A DNA stretch of 55,420 bases, taken from contig MVZH01000002.1 in assembly GCA_002068325.1 (NCBI GenBank), positions 1 through 55,420 of the forward strand, in the 5' to 3' direction. The DNA is from Lentisphaerae bacterium ADurb.BinA184 (GTDB lineage: Bacteria > Verrucomicrobiota > Lentisphaeria > Oligosphaerales > MVZH01). Shown piece by piece: positions 50,263-55,420 of this stretch. The notes below the pieces were generated by a model. That model was not told the origin of the DNA and did no database searches. It saw only the letters and a list, made by a program, of their open reading frames with translations. Within the stretch, counting starts at the first letter, position 1. Each line of letters opens with the position of its first letter. The translations under genes and the position numbers were made by a program.

Positions 50263-53200
50263 CCCCGCCGTCCGCCATCCGCAGCGTCGGCTTCCGTGCC
50301 CTGCTGGCGACGCAGTTCCTGGGCGCCTTCAACGACAACGCCTTCCGCCTGGTGGTGTCGCTGGCCGCCGTCCGCCTCATGCCCACGCCCGAGGCGCGCT
50401 CCCTCTATGTCGCCCTGGCCGGCGGCCTGATGACCCTGCCCTACGTGCTGTTCTCAACCTATGCCGGCTACCTGGCCGACCGGTTCAGCAAGAAGCGCCT
50501 CATGGTCGCCTGGAAACTCCTCGAAGTCGCCGTCATGCTGCTGGCGGCCGTCGCCTTCTGGCTGCGCAGTCCGCCGTTCATGGTCGCCGTGGTCTTTCTC
50601 ATGGGCGCCCAAAGCGCCCTGTTCAGCCCCTGCAAGTACGGCATCCTGCCCGAGACCCTCCCCGACCAGGAGCTGTCCCGCGGCAACGGGGCGATGCAGA
50701 TGTGGACCTTCCTGGCCATCATCCTCGGCACCGCGGCCGGGGGACGGCTGGCCGGGCTGTTCGCCGAACACAGGGTCGCCTGCGCGGCCGTGTTCGTCGC
50801 CATCGCCATCCTCGGCACACTCACCAGCCTTGCGGTGACCCCGGTGCCGGCGGCGGGGTCGCGGCAACCCTTCGAACCGCTCTTCTGGAAGGGGGCGCTC
50901 GACACCTTCCGCCAGGTGCGGGCCGACCGCGCCCTGCTCCTGTGCATCCTGGGCAGCGCCTTCTTCTGGTGCCTGGGGGCGCTCTTCCAGATGAACATCC
51001 TCCTCTACGCCCGCGACCCCATGGGGCTGGACGAAACCCACACCGCGTACCTGCTGACCGCGGTGGCCCTCGGCATCGGCCTGGGCAGCCAGCTGGCCGG
51101 CCGCTGGTCCGGGGAGAAGGTCGAGTTCGGCCTGGTGCCGCTGGGCGCCCTCACCCTCGGGCTGTTCTCGATCTGGCTGTCCTTCTCCTTCAACTCGTAC
51201 GGCCTGACCCTGGCGGTCCTGTTCATGCTCGGTGTCGGCTCGGCCTTCTACGACCTGCCGCTGGGCACCTACGTGCAGCAGCGCAGCCCGGCCGACGCCA
51301 AGGGACGCGTGCTGGCCTGTTCCGCCTTCCTAGCCAATGGCGGCATCGTCGCCATGGCCGGCCTGTTCTGGCTCCTGCAGAGCGTCCTCCACCTCGGCGC
51401 GCCCCTGACCTTCCTGGCCGTCGGGCTGGGCTCGATGCTGGTCGTCTACTACATCTGCCGCCTGCTGCCCGAATTCCTCCTCCGCTTCCTGATCTGGCTC
51501 GGAACCCACTCGCTGTACCGCATCCGCATCGTGGGCGGGGAGTACATCCCGCGCAACGGCGGGGCGCTGCTGGTCTGCAACCACGTCTCACACGCGGACG
51601 GCTTCGTGATCCAGGCCTGCATCCAGCGCGTGGTGCGCTTCCTGGTGCCGCGCACCTTCTACGACCTGCCCATGCTGCGCCCGTTCTTCCGCATCATGAA
51701 CGCAATCCCCGTCGCCGCCGCCGACGGCCCCGGCGGCGTGCGCGAAGCCCTGCGACAGGCCCGCGAGGAGGTGCGGGCCGGACGCGTCGTCTGCCTGTTC
51801 GCCGAGGGCGCCGTCACCCGCACCGGAAACCTCCTCCCCTTCTCCGCCGCACTTGAAGACCTCATGCGAGACCTCGATGCCCCTATCATCCCCGTCTACT
51901 TGGACCGCATGTGGGGAAGCCTGTTCAGCTTCGAGGGCGGGCGCCTCCTGCGCCGCCTGCCGAGCCGGCTGCCCTACCCGTGTACGGTGCTGTTTGGGCG
52001 GCCGCTGCCCGCGTGGTCAAGTGCGTTCCAGGTCCGTCAGGCGGTGGCTGAACTCGGCGCCAGCGCCTTCCCGCACCGCCGGAAACGCCCACCCCTCCTC
52101 ACGACCCTGTTCTGCCGCCAGGCACGGCGAACCCCGTTCCGTCTCTGCATGGCCGACAGCTCCGGACGCCGACTCAACTACGCCCAGGCCGCCGTCGCCG
52201 CCCTCGCCCTCGCGCGAACCCTCCGCCGCGACGGCCGCGCCGACACAATGGTCGGCATCCTCCTGCCCAGCTCGGTCCCGGCCGCCTTGGTCAACATCGC
52301 GGTGACGTTGTGCGGGAAAATCCCGGTCAACCTCAACTTCACAGCCCCCGCCGAGTCCCTGGCCGCGGCGGTCAGGCGTTGCGGAATCCGCAAAATCTAC
52401 ACCTCGCGGGCCCTGGCCGAAAGACTCGCCGTTCCCCTGCCGGCCGAGGCGGTCTACATGGAGGATGTTCTTGCCCGGACGACCTGGCTGGACCGTAGCC
52501 TCGCCGCCGCCGCCTTCGCCATCCTGCCCGGCGTCCTGTTGCGCCGACGGCTCCGACGCGGATCACCGGGCGACCCCAACAGCCTCGCCACCGTGGTCTT
52601 CTCCAGCGGCAGCACCGGCGACCCCAAGGGCGTGATGCTGTCGCACGCCAACATCGGCGCCAACATCGAGGGCATCTATCAGATCCTCCAAATCCGCCCC
52701 GGCGACGTCGTCCTCGGGGTGATGCCGTTCTTCCATTCGTTCGGCTTCACCGGCACGCTGTGGCTGCCCCTGGCTACGGGGATGGGAGCCGTCTATCATC
52801 ACAACCCGTTGGATGCCAAGGCCATCGGGGAGCTGTCCCAGCGCTTCAAGACCACCGTCCTGCTGGCCTCGCCGACTTTCCTCCTCTCCTACGCGCGTCG
52901 GGTGGAGGCCGGGCAGTTCGCCAGCCTGCGCTTCGTGTTCGCCGGGGCGGAGCGCCTCGGCGAATCCGTCGCCGGCCTGTTCCGCGAGCGCTTCGGGATC
53001 GAGCCGCTCGAAGGCTACGGGTGCACCGAGCTGTCGCCCATCGTGGCCGTCAACATCCCCAACGTCGCCATCGGGCCGCGGCGCCAGCTCGGCAGCCGGC
53101 GCGGTACGCTCGGACTGCCCCTGCCGGGAGTCGCCGTCAAAGCCGTTGACCCCGAGACCCGGGCCGACCGGGGGCCGGGTGAGGACGGGCTCCTGCTCGT

Positions 53201-53750
53201 GCGCGGCGGCAACGTCATGCTCGGCTATCTCGGCGACGAAGCCCGCACCCGCGACGCCCTACGCGACGGCTGGTACGTCACCGGCGACATCGGGCACCTC
53301 GACAGCGACGGCTTCATCACCATCACCGACCGCCTCTCCCGCTTCAGCAAGATCGGCGGCGAGATGGTCTCGCACGGACAGATCGAACAGGCAATCTGCC
53401 GGGCCGCCGCCGGCGATGCGGGGTTCGCCTGCGTCGTCACCGCCATCCCCGACGAGCAGAAGGGCGAACACCTGATCGTGCTCTACCAGGGGCGCTTGGA
53501 CATCGCGGCCGTCCGCGCGTCCTTGGCCAGGGCGGGCCTGCCCAACCTGTGGATCCCCCGTGCCGACGCCTTCCTTGCCGTCGAAAACCTGCCGCTTCTG
53601 GCCAGCGGGAAGCTTGACTGGCGTCGGGCAAAGGCCCTTGCCGCCGAGTGGGCTGCCGCCGCCCGGCATCCGGGTGGGGAGGGCGAATCCGGTGCCGCCG
53701 GTTCAGGTGACGGATCTCGTGCGTCGCGTGAGACCCCACGCGGCAACTGA
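50259..53750 (+). CDS. Triple fusion: MFS lysophospholipid transporter (LplT-like), PlsC-type acyltransferase and acyl-ACP synthetase (Aas-like)
   Basis: The N-terminal region of about 400 aa is a 12-TM MFS. The H-x4-D motif NHVSHAD is at 51579-51599 and FAEGAVTRTG follows. The AMP-binding motif is VVFSSGSTGDPKGVMLSH. The start overlaps the rhomboid stop (ATGA). Confidence 0.85.
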   Translation: MTPPSAIRSVGFRALLATQFLGAFNDNAFRLVVSLAAVRLMPTPEARSLYVALAGGLMTLPYVLFSTYAGYLADRFSKKRLMVAWKLLEVAVMLLAAVAFWLRSPPFMVAVVFLMGAQSALFSPCKYGILPETLPDQELSRGNGAMQMWTFLAIILGTAAGGRLAGLFAEHRVACAAVFVAIAILGTLTSLAVTPVPAAGSRQPFEPLFWKGALDTFRQVRADRALLLCILGSAFFWCLGALFQMNILLYARDPMGLDETHTAYLLTAVALGIGLGSQLAGRWSGEKVEFGLVPLGALTLGLFSIWLSFSFNSYGLTLAVLFMLGVGSAFYDLPLGTYVQQRSPADAKGRVLACSAFLANGGIVAMAGLFWLLQSVLHLGAPLTFLAVGLGSMLVVYYICRLLPEFLLRFLIWLGTHSLYRIRIVGGEYIPRNGGALLVCNHVSHADGFVIQACIQRVVRFLVPRTFYDLPMLRPFFRIMNAIPVAAADGPGGVREALRQAREEVRAGRVVCLFAEGAVTRTGNLLPFSAALEDLMRDLDAPIIPVYLDRMWGSLFSFEGGRLLRRLPSRLPYPCTVLFGRPLPAWSSAFQVRQAVAELGASAFPHRRKRPPLLTTLFCRQARRTPFRLCMADSSGRRLNYAQAAVAALALARTLRRDGRADTMVGILLPSSVPAALVNIAVTLCGKIPVNLNFTAPAESLAAAVRRCGIRKIYTSRALAERLAVPLPAEAVYMEDVLARTTWLDRSLAAAAFAILPGVLLRRRLRRGSPGDPNSLATVVFSSGSTGDPKGVMLSHANIGANIEGIYQILQIRPGDVVLGVMPFFHSFGFTGTLWLPLATGMGAVYHHNPLDAKAIGELSQRFKTTVLLASPTFLLSYARRVEAGQFASLRFVFAGAERLGESVAGLFRERFGIEPLEGYGCTELSPIVAVNIPNVAIGPRRQLGSRRGTLGLPLPGVAVKAVDPETRADRGPGEDGLLLVRGGNVMLGYLGDEARTRDALRDGWYVTGDIGHLDSDGFITITDRLSRFSKIGGEMVSHGQIEQAICRAAAGDAGFACVVTAIPDEQKGEHLIVLYQGRLDIAAVRASLARAGLPNLWIPRADAFLAVENLPLLASGKLDWRRAKALAAEWAAAARHPGGEGESGAAGSGDGSRASRETPRGN

Positions 53751-53919
53751 GTTGAGGCAGCTTTCCCACCGTCTTCGCCTGTGCCCTCGCGGCCGCCTGC
53801 CCGGGGAACCTCGCCCGCGCGTGAACGCGCGCGCCATCATGGCAACCCGGCAGTGAACCGCCTGCGCGGCACCCCCCCCGTCCCCACGCCGCGTGTCACT
53901 CAACCCCCATGCCGGTCGC

Positions 53920-53931
53920 AGGGACAGACCC
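53920..53931. repeat. Short palindromic motif AGGGACAGACCC (inverted copy)
   Basis: It is the reverse complement (12 of 13) of AGGGTCTGTCCCT at 54064 and 55351. Confidence 0.3.
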
Positions 53932-54063
53932 CAAGACGAAGGCGCGCTGCCCACGCCTCGGGATCAGGGGGGCATCCGGCGACGGGGGCCGTCCCGTGTC
54001 GTCAGGCCCGTGCCATCCCCCGCCTCCTCCGTGCCCCCCTGCGCCAGCCACAGCGAGTCTCTC

Positions 54064-54077
54064 AGGGTCTGTCCCTC
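54064..54077. repeat. Short motif AGGGTCTGTCCCTC (copy upstream of the RAYT-like gene)
   Basis: This 14-mer is identical to 55351-55364. Confidence 0.3.
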
Positions 54078-54235
54078 CCCCTTCCCGGGCAGACCGATGC
54101 CTTGCATCATCATCGCAGTCCGGGGTTTCCTCCCGGCAACCCGTCACACTGCCCACCCCCGCCAGAAAAATGGTTGATGCACCTTGACACAATCATAAAC
54201 ATGGCTAGTTTTCGATTGTGTTTCGGAGGTGAGCC

Positions 54236-54922
54236 ATGCGGACGGCACGAGTTCGTGATGACAGCCGCAACACCGTCTACCGCGTGAGCAATGGGGTGGT
54301 GGGCAGTGCCGGTCAAGTCATACTGGGCCCCCGCGAACGGCGCAAACTGGAAGCCATCCTGCGGCGACTTGGCAAGCTCTACGTCATTGCGATTCTATCG
54401 GTCCGTGTCTGGCCGACAGGCTACCAAGTTGTGTGTTCGGCTCCTGCTGAGGCCCCGGACCGGGCGACCGTGGAGGCCCGTTTCCAATCCCGCTACGGCA
54501 AGCATGCCCCGCTTCCCGATCTCGATGATCCAGAGGTGCTATCCCATTGGGCGGACAGGCTTCGAAATGTCAGTTTCCTGTTCAAGGATCTGGCGCAGTG
54601 TTTCACCCAGTGGTATAACCAGACAGCCATGGGCGGCAAACGCGTCGGCACGGTCTGGCGCGACCGTTTCAAGAGCACCATCGTGAAGGCGGCCCGGCAA
54701 TTGCTGGCAGCCATCGCCGGGACGCGGAGCCCGGACAGCCGCATGGCCGCGGCCGCCTTCGCCGAGTCCGGCTGGGCTGTCTTCTGCGAACGGCATCCAG
54801 GGCTCGCCAACGCCTTGGCCGAACTGCGCGACACGCTCGTCGAAGCGCCTGGCATCCTTGCGGACTGGCTCCTTCCGACCTTTCACCACCGTGTACCGGG
54901 CATGCCCTTGTGGCGTTCCTGA
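54236..54922 (+). CDS. IS200/RAYT-like (Y1 transposase-fold) protein, apparently lacking the HUH motif
   Basis: A GGAGGTG Shine-Dalgarno lies 5 nt upstream in an AT-richer leader. ...RNTVYRVSNGVVG... and ...FKDLAQCFTQWYNQTAMGGKRVGTVWRDRFKSTIV... resemble the YHV-x-x-R and F-x-x-x-YN-x-x-x-GR-x-G-x-(L/V)W-x-x-R(F/Y)KS blocks of REP-associated tyrosine transposases. No His-hydrophobic-His was seen at the expected place (AILSVRVWPTGYQVV). Confidence 0.4.
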   Translation: MRTARVRDDSRNTVYRVSNGVVGSAGQVILGPRERRKLEAILRRLGKLYVIAILSVRVWPTGYQVVCSAPAEAPDRATVEARFQSRYGKHAPLPDLDDPEVLSHWADRLRNVSFLFKDLAQCFTQWYNQTAMGGKRVGTVWRDRFKSTIVKAARQLLAAIAGTRSPDSRMAAAAFAESGWAVFCERHPGLANALAELRDTLVEAPGILADWLLPTFHHRVPGMPLWRS

Positions 54923-55350
54923 CGTGCACCGGTGATTCCGCCGCCACCCCGCACTCTCCGCGGTCGGTCAACGACCGCTCTTCGGCCATGTCGAGGCGTG
55001 CCGCCAGGCTTGCCTGGAGGCACGGCCAGCCTGCCACCGTGACATTTGCCGGCGCCCACCGCCCGCCGGTCGGGCCGTCGTCTTGCCTGATCATCTTGGT
55101 GTCTCGCCAGTGCCGTCGTGTATCCGCCTCCGGTTCAGTCCCTGGCGGGTGATCGCCTCTGGCCGGAGACCAGCGTTCTGGCGACACCCCTGGCAACGCT
55201 CCGGACGGCTCCCTTAAGCCGCCTGCCAGCCGGGACTGCTCTCCGAGTTCAGGTACCCGCCACAGTGGGCGGGGAACGCACGCGACGACGCGTCGTTCAG
55301 TTCGGGGATCGCCTCCCCCTCCCTCCAGTGCTCACGGGAACCGCCCTTGA

Positions 55351-55364
55351 AGGGTCTGTCCCTC
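55351..55364. repeat. Short motif AGGGTCTGTCCCTC (copy downstream of the RAYT-like gene)
   Basis: Identical to 54064-54077. Confidence 0.3.
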
Positions 55365-55420
55365 ATGTGATCAGCGGCGCGAATGCCGGATGGCGTCCAC
55401 TGTGCGGCGGGCGGGGTGGG

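Noticed and set aside
54669-55420. ORF 54669..55196 (-) and a possible 3' end of a minus-strand gene at the right edge (stop near 55371)
   Set aside because: The first overlaps the RAYT-like gene and has junk composition. The second contributes only about 16 codons inside the window, which is too little to support.

Overview
This is a 55.4-kb, high-GC bacterial chromosomal segment. Hand counts on single 60-nt lines give mostly about 65-80% GC. The gene content looks like the PVC superphylum (Planctomycetota, Verrucomicrobiota or Lentisphaerota type): three DUF1559/prepilin-N-terminal proteins, two PEP-CTERM proteins and a large beta-helix exoprotein. That taxonomic call is inference only. Housekeeping genes are tig-clpP-clpX, ppdK, araD and an LplT-PlsC-Aas fusion.

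The main accessory content is a two-gene iterative type I PKS / PUFA-synthase-like system. Gene A (2371 aa) reads ER-like, ER, KS, AT, ACP, KR. Gene B (1487 aa) reads inactive KS, AT-like, DH, PPTase. The two interdependent genes are separated by 5.85 kb. That gap holds a complete Type III restriction-modification operon (mod-res) and a four-helix-bundle gene of the 23S rRNA IVS / Avd family.

The R-M operon is bracketed by mirror-image arrays of a 7-nt tandem repeat (CGTTCNN / NNGAACG). Heptamer tandem runs with other unit sequences fill several other intergenic regions (11.4 kb and 44.2-44.5 kb).

A TolC / MFP / GAF-MFP / M50-protease-MFP operon is transcribed divergently from the PKS and contains no ATPase or RND pump. 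Other items are two B-box zinc-finger membrane proteins followed by a rhomboid protease, a degenerate RAYT-like gene with short palindromic motifs, a REP-like hairpin family, and a motif conserved upstream of two DUF1559 paralogs.

I recognised no rRNA, tRNA or CRISPR array. All family assignments come from motifs read by eye in the supplied translations; no searches were run.
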